Assembly: GCA_004295085.1 (NCBI GenBank)
Contig: SHNF01000006.1
Location: 287,675 to 351,674 of the forward strand
DNA from: Planctomycetota bacterium
Lineage (GTDB): Bacteria > Planctomycetota > UBA1135
DNA: 64,000 bases
Reading direction: 5' to 3'
Shown here: piece after piece, positions 1 through 9,291 of the stretch
Position numbering within the stretch: the stretch's first letter is position 1
Layout: each line of letters starts with the position of its first letter
The notes under the pieces: model-generated
What the model saw: the letters and a program-made list of their open reading frames with translations, nothing else
The model's database searches: none
What the model was told of the DNA's origin: nothing
Made by a program: the position numbers and the translations under genes

Positions 1-552
1 GTCAGCTCCTCCACGGACCTGTTCGGCGGCGAAGTCAGCAGCAACGCCGCCACCTTCTTCGCCGAGGGCATCAAGGGCCGCGCCTACGAGGCCGCCAGCC
101 CCGTGGACCACAGGGCCCTGGACGGCGCCTACACGGTGGAGAAGCTCGTGGACGGAGCGATCGTGCGCGAGCAGGTGCCGCTGCGCAATGCCATGAACGA
201 GGTGCTGCGCGACGCCTACCTGGACGACAACCAGAAGGGCGTGGACTACTGGAACAAGATCGTGGAAAAGGCGGGCCTCGACTTCCGCTTCCGCCTGCCG
301 CACCGGCGCTTCAACCGCAGCATCGGCATCTACTCCGGCGCACGCTTCGACCTGGACGGCAATCCGATCCACGAGGCCGACTGGGACGCCAACAAGGACC
401 GCTGGCTGCCCAGCGCCGAGGACCGCGCCTACGTCAAGTCGCTCATGCGGCCGGCGCTCGCCCCCGGCCAGTTCGCCGGCTGGATCGCGCCGCCTCCCAA
501 GGGCATCAACGGCCAGCCCCTGGACTTCGAGTACGTGCGCCTGGGGTCGTAG
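1..552 (+). CDS. boxB: benzoyl-CoA oxygenase/epoxidase component B-like protein, C-terminal part (5' end outside window)
   Basis: Frame 1 is open from base 1 (VSSSTDLFGGEVSSNAATFFAEGIKGR...) into listed ORF 103..552. The strings SSNAAT, FRFRLPH and C-terminal NGQPLDFEYVRL agree with my memory of BoxB C-termini. Stop TAG at 550-552. Family call is from memory, not a search. Confidence 0.6.
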   Translation, partial: VSSSTDLFGGEVSSNAATFFAEGIKGRAYEAASPVDHRALDGAYTVEKLVDGAIVREQVPLRNAMNEVLRDAYLDDNQKGVDYWNKIVEKAGLDFRFRLPHRRFNRSIGIYSGARFDLDGNPIHEADWDANKDRWLPSAEDRAYVKSLMRPALAPGQFAGWIAPPPKGINGQPLDFEYVRLGS

Positions 553-556
553 CCAC

Positions 557-599
557 CCTTTCCGCGCGCTCGCTTGCGCAATTGCGCAAGCGCGAAAGG
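557..599. repeat. hairpin-forming inverted repeat containing a perfect 18-bp palindrome CTTGCGCAATTGCGCAAG (573-590), 5 nt after the boxB stop; possible terminator or operator
   Basis: CTTGCGCAA/TTGCGCAAG is self-complementary. The flanks CCTTTCCGCG (557-566) and CGCGAAAGG (591-599) are largely complementary. No T-tract follows. Confidence 0.6.
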
Positions 600-790
600 C
601 CATGAGGAGGCCGGAACACCCCCGCGGATGCTCGGGGCCCTCTCTGATGCCAGTTCCGCCGCGGTGGAGCTCGCCGCCTGCGTTAAGTAGGGGATCCGGG
701 GTGACTCCCCGCAGCCCGCGCGGCTGGCTCGCCCCGCGACCTGTGAGCCGAGAGGGCTCTCGGCTGCACGCCGGCCTTGCTCGCCCGTCA

Positions 791-814
791 TTGCACTGTT
801 GCGCAATCGTGCAA
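791..814. repeat. 24-bp near-palindrome TTGCAC-TG-TTGCGCAA-TC-GTGCAA sharing the TTGCGCAA core with 573-590
   Basis: Read directly. The outer arms TTGCAC/GTGCAA and the inner TTGCGCAA are self-complementary. It lies in the ~590-bp non-coding stretch between boxB and the next gene. Confidence 0.55.
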
Positions 815-1141
815 GGCCAGGCGCCGAAGAGCTTCCGCTGATGGCTGCCCGGGAGTTTCGCCAAGCTGGTTGCCACGCTCACTTGATCCCCTCATCGACC
901 TTCGGCTGCGCGCGGGACGGCGGTGCCGGTCTCGGGCGGTCCGGAGGCCCTCCTGAAGGCGGGCTGCCGGATCCGATGCAGCCGCACCCGCAAGGCTGAC
1001 CCGGCACATGCGCTGCGCGCATGGATCCTCGGCAGAGAGTGGTCGCGCACGAAGCGCAAAAAAGGTGTCTACGACCCCGGATTCGGCTATCTTGCTTTTT
1101 GTCCCCGCGCGCAACTCCATTCCCGGCGTACTGAAGACGCA

Positions 1142-2224
1142 GTGACGCGACACTCGTACTCATGGTGGGCCATCGTGTTCGGGGCCGCCCTAGCGGGCGC
1201 CGGCCGCGGCCAGGAGCCGGCTGGTGCAGGTGTGGCCGCCCCGCCGCCGGCCGCCGCCGGCGAGAACACGCTCTGGATCGGCCCGCCGGAAGGCGAGCAC
1301 TCCAAGCTGGTGCAGCTGCCCGGAGCGCTGGCGGAGCCGCGCCTGGGCTGGTGCGTGGCCTACCTGTGGCACCGGGCCGGCAAGGACTGGGAGCCCGGCG
1401 GATTGCACGCGGAGCTGGAGAAGTACGACAGCAACGACCCGGAGACGCAGCGCTGGAACATCCAGCTGTGGAAGGAGTGCGGCATGGACTTCGCCGCCGG
1501 CTGCTGGTTCGGCGTGCCGCAGCGCCGCGGCGCCGTCCTGCCCACGCGCACGACCGAGGCCTTCGAGTCGTACCTGCGCACCTGCGAGCAGGAGAAGTTC
1601 CGCTGGTGCGCGTGGATGGCCGACATTCCGGGCGGCTTGGAGCCGAACCTGGAGCAGGTGCGCAAGTGGGCCAAGTCACCGGCTTATTTCCGCTGGGGCA
1701 AGCCGGAGCGGCCGGTGCTGTTCATCTACGAGCGCACGTTGGACAAGCTCGGACGGCGCGAGAACGCGCGCGCGGCCCTGGACAAGCTGCGGCCGTACAA
1801 GGACGAGTTCTTCCTGGTGCTGGTGGGCGTCCCGGCGGCCGGGATCCCCAAACAGGAGCGGGGTCTGGGGCTGAGCTGGTACGGCCTGCCGTGGATGGAG
1901 CCGAAGTACCTGGCGGAACAGTACCGCATCGTGGCCGAGCGCCCCGACCTCGACCTGTTCGCGCTGCTGTTCCACAGCTTCGACAACCGCGCGACGCGCG
2001 CCGGGCAGAACGCGGGCACCTTGTGGCCGGAGGGCGGTCCCAGCCTGCCGTTCGCGGTCGGGCAGCTGGAGCTGGCGGTGACCAGCCTGCCGAACGCCCT
2101 GGGCGTGCCCTGGGATGAGCTCGGCGAGCGCAGCGCCTGGTGCCCGACCCGGGAGCTGGGCCGCCAGTACTACGACCTGCTGAAGGCCACGCTTCAGAAC
2201 TTCAAGGCTGCCGGCTCCAAGTAG
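1142..2224 (+). CDS. secreted hypothetical protein (Trp-rich, possibly glycoside-hydrolase-like; family not recognised)
   Basis: This is the C-terminal ~360 aa of listed ORF 923..2224. They have protein-like composition (ENTLWIGPPEGEHSKLVQL..., WNIQLWKECGMDF, PVLFIYERTLDKLG). An in-frame GTG at 1142 gives a signal-peptide-like N-terminus, VTRHSYSWWAIVFGAALAGAG. The start choice is uncertain. Confidence 0.6.
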   Translation: MTRHSYSWWAIVFGAALAGAGRGQEPAGAGVAAPPPAAAGENTLWIGPPEGEHSKLVQLPGALAEPRLGWCVAYLWHRAGKDWEPGGLHAELEKYDSNDPETQRWNIQLWKECGMDFAAGCWFGVPQRRGAVLPTRTTEAFESYLRTCEQEKFRWCAWMADIPGGLEPNLEQVRKWAKSPAYFRWGKPERPVLFIYERTLDKLGRRENARAALDKLRPYKDEFFLVLVGVPAAGIPKQERGLGLSWYGLPWMEPKYLAEQYRIVAERPDLDLFALLFHSFDNRATRAGQNAGTLWPEGGPSLPFAVGQLELAVTSLPNALGVPWDELGERSAWCPTRELGRQYYDLLKATLQNFKAAGSK

Positions 2225-2230
2225 GGCCGC

Positions 2231-4258
2231 TTACGTGCGCGCGGCCGCCGGCAGCGCCAGGCCCACGGCGCGCACCAGCTCCTCGGCGTTGTATGGCTTC
2301 TGCACGAAGCCGGCGAAGCCGCGGCTGGCGAACAGGTGCGAAGCGCTCTGCTCGGTGTAGCCGCTGCTCACCAGGATGCGGGTGTCGGGCGCCAGGCGCT
2401 GGATCTCCAGGAAGACGTCGCCGCCGCTGACTCCCGGCATGGTGAGGTCCAGGACCACGAGCTGGATCTCGGAGCCCACGCGGCGGAACACGGCCACGGC
2501 TTCGCGGCCATCGGCGGCGGTCAGCACCCGGTAGCCGGCGCGGCGCAGGATATCGGCGGCGAGGTGCAGCAGCTTCTCCTCGTCGTCGGCCACCAGGATC
2601 AGCTCGCCGCGGCCCGGCGCGGGCGCCGCCGGCTTGCCGGGGCGCGGCGGCGCGGCCACGGGCGCGGCCGGCAGGAAGACGCTGAACTCGGCGCCGCCGC
2701 CACTGCGGTTGCGCACCCGCACGCCGCCGCGGTGCGCGCGCGCGATGCCGGCCACGGCGGCCAGGCCCAGCCCGCGTCCGATCCCCTTGGTGCTGTAGAA
2801 GGGATCGAAGATGCGGGGAAGGACTTCGGGAGCGAGCCCGGGGCCGGTATCGAGGACGGACAGCACGGCGTAACGCCCGGGCGGCGCCGGCAGGGTCAGG
2901 GCGGCCGCCTCCTGCGGGTCCAGGTCCATGGCGGCGGTGCGCAGCAGGACGCTGCCCTCGCGGTCGCCGATGGATTCAGCGGCATTGAGCACCAGGTTCA
3001 TGACCACCTGGCGGATCTGGGACGCGTCGCACGACACCGCCGGCAGGGCGGGGGCCAGGTCCAGGCTCAGGCGCATCTTCTTGGACAGCGTGACCTGGAG
3101 CAGGTCCGCCATCTCGCGCACGACCTCGTTCCAGTCCAGGTGCTCCACGACCACCGGCCCCTTGCCGGAATAGGCCAGGAGCTGGCGCGAGAGCTGCGCC
3201 GCCTTGCGCGCGGCCGATTCCACGTTGGCCAGGCTGGCGCGCAGCGGCGAGTCCGGCTCCAGATCCGCCAGCGCCAGAGTGGCGCTGCCGAGGATGACCG
3301 TGAGCAGGTTGTTGAAATCGTGGGCCACGCCGCCGGCGATGAGCCCCATGCCCTCCAGGCGCTGCGTCTCCAGGAGCTTGCGTTCCACGCCGCGGCGCTC
3401 CTCCTCGGCGCGCCGGCGCTCCTGGGCGGAGAACATCAAGGCCGCCAGGTCGGCCAGCGAGCCGGCGAAGCCCTGTTCCTCCGTGGACCAGACGCGCGGG
3501 CGCCCGACGTGCTCGTGGCACAGGATGCCGATGACGCGCCCGTCGGCGCGGATCGGCGCGTCCAGCATGGACGTGATGCCGAGCGGACGCAGGTAGCTGT
3601 CGCGGAACTCGCTCGTGCGGGGATCGGATTCGGCGTCGTCGGTGGCGATGGCGCGGGCCTGGGCCAGGGCCGCGAAATAGCGCGGATAGTCCTTCGCGTA
3701 CAAGGTGGTCGCGCCCGCGGACTTGCCCTTGCCGCGCTCGTACAGCAGCGCGCACTGGATGGCGGAGCGGTCGTGGTTGTAGAGCCAGACGCTCACGCGC
3801 TCCACCTCCAGGCAGCGCGAGGCCGTCGCCGCCAGCTCCTCCAGGGCGGACAGGTGCGCGTTCGAGAACAGCTCCGGCGTCATGGCGAGCCGCAGCAGGG
3901 CCGCCTGCTGCTCCAGGAGCCGGTGCTCCCGGTGCAGCAGGTTCTGTTGGGATTGGTGCGCGCGCCGCGCGGATTCCTGGCCGTCGTGCATGGCCGCGAG
4001 CGGCGGCGCCAGCAAGGCCAGGCTGAGCGCCAGCAGGGCGGCGATGGCCAGGGAGATGGCCTCGGTGTACAGGTTGGCCGGATAGTCCGCACCGAAGGCG
4101 AACACCTGGACCAAGCTCACGGCGCGGCGCACGATCGCCAGGACGCAGACGGCGGCGAGCAGCATCCAGGGAAGGCGGGCGCTGATCCGGACCAGGCGCA
4201 GGGCCATTGCCGCCGCAAGGACATGCAGAATGCCGGAAACAATCAGCAGAACGGCCAC
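2231..4258 (-). CDS. hybrid sensor histidine kinase / response regulator with N-terminal membrane segments and a GAF-like domain
   Basis: Hydrophobic N-terminus, H-box VAHDFNNLLTVILG, ATPase motifs DTGPGLAPEVLPRIFDPFYSTK and GRGLGLA, and a C-terminal receiver (ILVADDEE..., VVLDLTMPGVSG, ILVSSGY). Confidence 0.95.
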   Translation of the reverse strand: MAVLLIVSGILHVLAAAMALRLVRISARLPWMLLAAVCVLAIVRRAVSLVQVFAFGADYPANLYTEAISLAIAALLALSLALLAPPLAAMHDGQESARRAHQSQQNLLHREHRLLEQQAALLRLAMTPELFSNAHLSALEELAATASRCLEVERVSVWLYNHDRSAIQCALLYERGKGKSAGATTLYAKDYPRYFAALAQARAIATDDAESDPRTSEFRDSYLRPLGITSMLDAPIRADGRVIGILCHEHVGRPRVWSTEEQGFAGSLADLAALMFSAQERRRAEEERRGVERKLLETQRLEGMGLIAGGVAHDFNNLLTVILGSATLALADLEPDSPLRASLANVESAARKAAQLSRQLLAYSGKGPVVVEHLDWNEVVREMADLLQVTLSKKMRLSLDLAPALPAVSCDASQIRQVVMNLVLNAAESIGDREGSVLLRTAAMDLDPQEAAALTLPAPPGRYAVLSVLDTGPGLAPEVLPRIFDPFYSTKGIGRGLGLAAVAGIARAHRGGVRVRNRSGGGAEFSVFLPAAPVAAPPRPGKPAAPAPGRGELILVADDEEKLLHLAADILRRAGYRVLTAADGREAVAVFRRVGSEIQLVVLDLTMPGVSGGDVFLEIQRLAPDTRILVSSGYTEQSASHLFASRGFAGFVQKPYNAEELVRAVGLALPAAART

Positions 4259-4302
4259 CGGGCGATTGTACGCCGGGCTCGGCGCCTAGAATCCTCCGCC
4301 CC

Positions 4303-5076
4303 ATGGACTGGACCTTGCTGGCGACGCGCCTGGCGCTGTACATCGCGCTGGGCTACTGGCTCGGTCTGCTGGTGCTCGGCCCGGCGCCGGTGGGGAAGTT
4401 CTTCTACCGCCTGGCGGGATGGACGGCGGCGCTGGCGGCCGCCGCTGCGGCAGCGCTGGCGCTGGCCGCCGGCTGGCCGGATGCGCCGGCGGAGCGCGTG
4501 CGCGTTCTGGCCGTCCTGGCCACGCTGCTGCCGGCGCCCTGGTACGCCAGCCACCGGCCGGCGCGCCGGCGCGCGGGAGTGCTGGCCGCGCTGGCCTGCG
4601 GCCTGGCGGCGCTCGCGGCCTCCGCCTACGGTCCGGACGGCCTGGGCGTCCTGCAGCTCCTCAGCGACGCCTGCGCCGCCGCCGTGGCCGGTGGAGTGTG
4701 CTTCGCCATGGTGTTCGGCCACGCCTACCTGACCGTGCCCAAGCTCCCGTTCCAGCACCTGCTGCGCGTGCATCGCTTCGCGACGCTGGCGCTGGCGGCG
4801 CGGCTGCTGCTCTCCGGGCTGGTGCTGGCCCTGGCCTGGCCGCGCCTGCACGCGGGGACCCAGCCGCTGTTCGATCCCTTCGACTGGCTGGACCTGAGCG
4901 TGCGCTTCCTGGTCGGCCTGCTCGTGCCGCTGCTGTTCGCCGGGATGGTGCACTCGGCGCTGCGCTGGAAGAGCAACCAGTCCGCCACCGGCATCCTGTA
5001 CGCGAGCACGGTCCTGGTGTGGATCGGCGAAGCCGTGGCCTTGCACCTGGGACGGCAATGGCGCGTGCCGCTGTGA
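4303..5076 (+). CDS. polytopic integral membrane protein, unknown function
   Basis: ATG at 4303 (MDWTLLATRLALYIALGYWLGLLVLG...) inside listed ORF 4207..5076. Several long hydrophobic segments. Divergent from the histidine kinase with a 44-bp spacer. Confidence 0.7.
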   Translation: MDWTLLATRLALYIALGYWLGLLVLGPAPVGKFFYRLAGWTAALAAAAAAALALAAGWPDAPAERVRVLAVLATLLPAPWYASHRPARRRAGVLAALACGLAALAASAYGPDGLGVLQLLSDACAAAVAGGVCFAMVFGHAYLTVPKLPFQHLLRVHRFATLALAARLLLSGLVLALAWPRLHAGTQPLFDPFDWLDLSVRFLVGLLVPLLFAGMVHSALRWKSNQSATGILYASTVLVWIGEAVALHLGRQWRVPL

Positions 5077-5576
5077 GCGCGGTCCCGCCGCGGGCCTGGC
5101 TCGAGGGGCCGTGCCCGCGCTGCCAGGCGGGCTGGCGCTGTCCCGCCGGCGACGCGCAGCGGCCGGCGTGCCGTGCCTGCGGCGCGCCGGCGAGCGCGCT
5201 GGCGCACGCGCTCGTGGACGCCGGCGGCGCGCTGCGCGGCTGCCTGCACTGCGGCCATGACCAGATGTACGCCGCGCGCGACTTCCCGCGGCGGCTGGGC
5301 CTGGCCGTGGTCATTGCAGCGGCGGCGCTGGCGCCGTTCACGTACTACATCAGCCTGGCGGCAGGCGCGCTGGTGGACGCCGGCCTGGTGTTCCTGGTGC
5401 GCAAGCGCGTGCACTGCTACCGCTGCGGCGCGGTGCACCACGGCTTCGCGCGGCCGCAGGTCTGGGCTCCGTTCCGGCTCGAGGTGGCCGACGTGCACCG
5501 CTTTGGCTCCAAGGCTTCGGTGGTGGCGGCGCTGCGGCCCGGAGCGGAACCGCCGGCGGCGCGGCGCCAGGACTAG
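5058..5576 (+). CDS. zinc-ribbon membrane protein (two CxxC pairs plus hydrophobic helices)
   Basis: Only the last ~172 aa of listed ORF 4419..5576 look protein-like: CPRC...CRAC, CLHC...CYRC, TM segment LGLAVVIAAAALAPFTYYISLAAGALV. ATG at 5058 (or GTG at 5073, overlapping the upstream TGA as GTGA) suggests translational coupling with 4303..5076. Confidence 0.6.
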   Translation: MARAAVSAVPPRAWLEGPCPRCQAGWRCPAGDAQRPACRACGAPASALAHALVDAGGALRGCLHCGHDQMYAARDFPRRLGLAVVIAAAALAPFTYYISLAAGALVDAGLVFLVRKRVHCYRCGAVHHGFARPQVWAPFRLEVADVHRFGSKASVVAALRPGAEPPAARRQD

Positions 5577-7579
5577 GGAGCGATCAGCGCCGACTCGATG
5601 TTGGACAAGCTGCCCTGCGTGGTGGGGCCCTGGAACGAGAAGGCCTGGAAGTACAAGGTGCGGTTGGCCATGGCCGCGGGCAGGGTCCAGAAGCTGCTGA
5701 AGGCTTCGCCCAGGCCGTCGGCGTTGTTGGGGCTGCCTCCGCCCGGCCACACCAGCGGATCGTCCAGGCCCGTGTTCCAGCCCCCGTCCGGCGCCCGTTC
5801 GCCGCCCGGCCCCAGCTGCGAGTAGTAGTAATACACCAGCTTGTTGGCGTTGCCGTAGCGGACGTGCTGGCGGATGCGTTCACCCACCTGGAAAGTGCCT
5901 TCCATCTCCAGGCTGAACGGGTGCGGCTGGATCACGTCGCTGGCCTCGTCGCTGTCGCGCACGAAGCCGTTGCGCACCTCCACCGCCTCGAAGTGGAGGC
6001 GCGTGCCGCTGCCCGGAGAGGGGAAGGGCACGTGGAAGCCGGCGACCGCCGTGCCGCCGCTCACGTCCGCGAGCACAGCGAAGGCCTCCAGGGGGCCGCT
6101 GCCCGTGAGCCGGCCGCTGATGTCCAGGTCGTAGCCTTCGCTGGAGACGCTGGGCGTGCTGTTGCGGCCGGCGTAGAAATACACGGTCGCGCCCTCCTTG
6201 ACGTTCTCCACGCGCACCGCCACCTCGGTGTCGGCGATCAGCGGTCCGTCCAGGCTGATCGCCGGCGGCGGCAGGCTGGTGTCCGGCGGCGTCCAGGCTT
6301 CGACGCGGCCGGCGCGGCCCAGGCCGCCCGGCGCCGCGTACGGCGCGCCGACGGCCAGCGACTCCACGCCCGCGCCGTTGATGTCGCCGGCCGCGGCCAC
6401 GCTCCAGCCCATCCGGCTGCCGGCGCTGCCGTGGATCGTGTGCAGCAGCAGCGCGCCGCCGGACGGCACGACGTCGTAGATCGAGACGACGCCGGCGCCG
6501 TCCTGGTACGGCGCGCCCACGGCCAGGTCCGCGTAGCCGTCGAAATTGGCGTCGCGGATCAGCGCCAGGGACGCGCCGAAGCGGTCACCGGCCGCCTGGC
6601 CGCGCACGGTCGTGAGCAGCAGGTGGGCCGGCGTCGTGTTCCAGATCAGGACCTGGCCGGTGCCGCCCGCGTCCGGCGCGCCGGCCGCGAAGTCGTTGGA
6701 GCCGTCGCCGCTGAGGTCGCGGCCGCTGGCAAGGCTCACGCCGAGGTGCGCGCCCGCCGCCTTCAAGGTCACACCGAACAGGGAACGGTGGCGGCCGCGC
6801 ACGTCCACGGCGCCGGACTCCGGACCGCCGTCGTCGGCGAAGGGCGCGCCGACTGCGAACTCGTGGCCGGGCGTGAGGTTGATCTGGCCGAGGTTGGCGA
6901 GCGAATAGCCGTAGAACTCGCCGGATGCGCGGCCGGCGAAGGGCGCGCCGGCCGAGGCCAGGCCGCTGCCGAGCCACTCGTAGCGGCGCACGCGGCCGCG
7001 GTTGCCGTTGCTGCCCAGCTCGCTCACCAGCAGCTCCTTGCGCCCGTCGCCGTTGAGGTCCACGCCGGCCAGGGCGCTCCCGAACAAGCTGCCGGGAGTG
7101 CGGCCCTGGGCATGGTCCAGGACCGTGCCATGGGCGCCGCTCACGACGTAGACCTTGCCGGCGAAGAAGCCGCCGCTGCCGCTACTGAAGTACGGCGCTC
7201 CCACGGCGAAATCGGTCACGCCGTCGCCGTCGTAGTCGCTCAGCGCCGCCACCGCGAAGCCGAGCAGCGCGCCCGCTTCCTCGCCCGCGAGCCGGTACAG
7301 AGGCGCGCCGTCCAGCCCGGACAAGGCCTGCACGCCGCCGCTGTTGTGGCCGTTCCAATCGGCGCCGTACACGCCCGCGACGAGGTCGTCCCGGCCGTCG
7401 CCGTCCACATCGCCGACGCCGGCGACCGCCTGGCCCATCTCGTCTCCGTCCGCCTCGCCGTTGGCGGCCCACCACTGCGTCCAGCCGCTCTGCGCGGCGA
7501 GCGCGCCCGGAGCGGACGCAAGCGCGCCAGCGACGCCGACAATGCCGAGGACGATGCGGGAAGGAAGGAGTGCGCGCAT
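5573..7579 (-). CDS. secreted FG-GAP (integrin-alpha-like) repeat protein
   Basis: ATG at 7579 gives the signal peptide MRALLPSRIVLGIVGVAGALASAPGALAAQ. Repeated FG-GAP/Ca-binding units are present (VGDVDGDGRDDLVAG, VDLNGDGRKELLV, RDLSGDGSNDFAAGAP, RDANFDGYADLAVGAP, GDINGAGVESLAVGAP). The upstream 102 codons of the track ORF are Arg/Gly/Ala junk. Confidence 0.9.
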   Translation of the reverse strand: MRALLPSRIVLGIVGVAGALASAPGALAAQSGWTQWWAANGEADGDEMGQAVAGVGDVDGDGRDDLVAGVYGADWNGHNSGGVQALSGLDGAPLYRLAGEEAGALLGFAVAALSDYDGDGVTDFAVGAPYFSSGSGGFFAGKVYVVSGAHGTVLDHAQGRTPGSLFGSALAGVDLNGDGRKELLVSELGSNGNRGRVRRYEWLGSGLASAGAPFAGRASGEFYGYSLANLGQINLTPGHEFAVGAPFADDGGPESGAVDVRGRHRSLFGVTLKAAGAHLGVSLASGRDLSGDGSNDFAAGAPDAGGTGQVLIWNTTPAHLLLTTVRGQAAGDRFGASLALIRDANFDGYADLAVGAPYQDGAGVVSIYDVVPSGGALLLHTIHGSAGSRMGWSVAAAGDINGAGVESLAVGAPYAAPGGLGRAGRVEAWTPPDTSLPPPAISLDGPLIADTEVAVRVENVKEGATVYFYAGRNSTPSVSSEGYDLDISGRLTGSGPLEAFAVLADVSGGTAVAGFHVPFPSPGSGTRLHFEAVEVRNGFVRDSDEASDVIQPHPFSLEMEGTFQVGERIRQHVRYGNANKLVYYYYSQLGPGGERAPDGGWNTGLDDPLVWPGGGSPNNADGLGEAFSSFWTLPAAMANRTLYFQAFSFQGPTTQGSLSNIESALIAP

Positions 7580-7718
7580 GCGGAAGAAAACCGGAGGGGA
7601 AGGGGCGCGGCGCCGCTGCAGCGCTGCCACCGCCTGCGGCAATCGTACTCGGGATGCGCCGGACCCGCATGCGTCCGATAGGATCTGGCTTCGGGCCACG
7701 GGGCCCGTGCTGCCCACG

Positions 7719-9287
7719 ATGCGTCCTCTCCGCCGCCGCGCCCCTCCCGGGCTGGCCCTCTTGCTCGCGGTCCCGGCCTGGCTGGCCGCAGCCGGGCCGG
7801 CGCCGGCGCGCCCGGTCCAGGATCCGCCGCCACCGGCCCAGGACACCAGCGGCCACGCGCAGCTGGAGGTCCGCGCCGTGCGCAAGGCCGATCAGTCGCC
7901 GGTGCCCGGCGTCGAGGTCTGGGTGCTGTACCGGACCGAGGAGATGACCGTGATCCGCGCCCGCCACCGCACCAACGACGAGGGGCGCACCGATCCGCCG
8001 GTCAAGATCCCGCCGGGGGCCACCATCGCCAGCATCGCGGTGCGTCCCACCATGGAGACGGCCCCAGCCCTGCGCGTCCTCAACCAGGTGGTCCGCACCC
8101 AGGAAAAGCTGGAGGAGAGCTTCGAACTGGAGCCGGCGGTCATGATCGCCGGCCAGGTCGTGGACGAACTGGGAGCCGGGGTCGCCGGGGTGAAGGTCTG
8201 CGGCTGGTTCCGAGAGCGCTGGGACGTGGAGACCTACCCCGTGCCGGAGCTCGACGTTTTCGCCGAGAGCAACGCCGACGGCTACTTCCTGCTGGGCGGC
8301 ATTCCGCAGGGCCACTTCACGCTGGACGTCGACGCCCCGGAGCGGGCGGCCGTGCGCCGGGCCGGCGGCCTGGTGCGCACCGGCCAGCGGCTCGAGGGCA
8401 TCGTCCTGCAACTGGCGCAGGCGCACAGCGTCTCCGGCCAGGTGCTCGCCGCCGACGGCAAGGCCGCGGCCAGTGCCTCGGTGCTGGCCGGCAAGCAGGG
8501 GCGCCAGAAGCGCCGGGACGAGAGCGGGATCGCGGACGTGTGGTACTACCCGTCCCGCCAGCTCATCGTGCCCTGCGACAGCGACGGCCTGTTCGAGCTG
8601 GAGCGGGTGCCGGTGGACGAGCGCTGGAACCTGCTGGTCAAGTGTCCGGGGCACCTCCCGCACGAGGACGTCCTCGAGCCCGGGCGCAGCTTCGTGGAGG
8701 TGAAGCTGGAGGCGGGCGGCGTGCTCTCCGGCGTGGTCGTGGACGCCGCCGGTGCGCCGCAGGCGCAAGCCGAGCTGCGCCTGCGCGGGGACGCCCGCCG
8801 CCGGCCGGACTCCGCCAAGGGCAAGCGCGAGACCGGCGCCGACGGACTGTTCCGCTTCGAGGGCCTGGAGCCGGGCGGAACCTACTTCCTGATGGTCCAT
8901 CGCCCGGGCGACGCCGTCCAGACGCTCGGCCCGTACACGCTGGAGGACGCTCCGGAGCAGATCCGCGTGGTGCTGCAGCCCGGCCGTTTCCTCGGCGGCG
9001 TGGTCCAGGACGCCTCCGGTGCCGCGGTCGCCGGGGCGGAGGTCAGCGTCGAGCCCGTGCTGGACGCAGCCCTGCTGGCGGCGCTGCGCGCGAGCGACGT
9101 GGCGGCGGCGGAGGTGCTGTTCGGCCTGAACCGCACCGTCACCACCGCCGACGGCCGCTTCCGCCTCGCCGACCTGGGGCCGGTGCGCTATCGCCTGCGC
9201 GCCACCGCTCCCTCCGGCGTCGCGGCGCTCCAGCAGGAGCTGGAAGCGGGCCGCGAGGACCTGGTCCTGAGCCTGCACGGGCGCTAG
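7719..9287 (+). CDS. secreted protein with repeated carboxypeptidase-regulatory-like (CarboxypepD_reg-type) beta-sandwich domains
   Basis: ATG at 7719 gives the signal peptide MRPLRRRAPPGLALLLAVPAWLAAAG. Four units of the pattern xGxVxDxxGxxxxGAxV...DGxFxLxxLxxGxY are present (IAGQVVDELGAGVAGVKV..NADGYFLLGGIPQGHFTL; VSGQVLAADGKAAA..DSDGLFELERVP; LSGVVVDAAGAP..GADGLFRFEGLEPGGTYFL; LGGVVQDASGAAVAGAEV..TADGRFRLADLGPVRYRL). Confidence 0.75.
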   Translation: MRPLRRRAPPGLALLLAVPAWLAAAGPAPARPVQDPPPPAQDTSGHAQLEVRAVRKADQSPVPGVEVWVLYRTEEMTVIRARHRTNDEGRTDPPVKIPPGATIASIAVRPTMETAPALRVLNQVVRTQEKLEESFELEPAVMIAGQVVDELGAGVAGVKVCGWFRERWDVETYPVPELDVFAESNADGYFLLGGIPQGHFTLDVDAPERAAVRRAGGLVRTGQRLEGIVLQLAQAHSVSGQVLAADGKAAASASVLAGKQGRQKRRDESGIADVWYYPSRQLIVPCDSDGLFELERVPVDERWNLLVKCPGHLPHEDVLEPGRSFVEVKLEAGGVLSGVVVDAAGAPQAQAELRLRGDARRRPDSAKGKRETGADGLFRFEGLEPGGTYFLMVHRPGDAVQTLGPYTLEDAPEQIRVVLQPGRFLGGVVQDASGAAVAGAEVSVEPVLDAALLAALRASDVAAAEVLFGLNRTVTTADGRFRLADLGPVRYRLRATAPSGVAALQQELEAGREDLVLSLHGR

Positions 9288-9291
9288 CAGC

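Noticed and set aside
2336-4732. 798-aa plus-strand ORF covering the histidine kinase locus
   Set aside because: It is antisense to a gene with unambiguous HisKA/HATPase/receiver motifs. Its translation is Arg/Gly/Ala/His/Gln-rich low-complexity sequence, typical of off-frame reading of GC-rich DNA.
7580-7885. N-terminal extensions of several track ORFs (for example 5573..7885, 4419..5576, 9492..11999, 20204..21715, 34613..36037, 38094..41915, 51244..53427, 53306..55408, 60434..62326)
   Set aside because: The upstream parts are R/G/A/P junk and overlap neighbouring genes. Internal ATG/GTG codons give signal peptides, lipoboxes or domain starts, often with a Shine-Dalgarno-like sequence, so the shorter coordinates were used.
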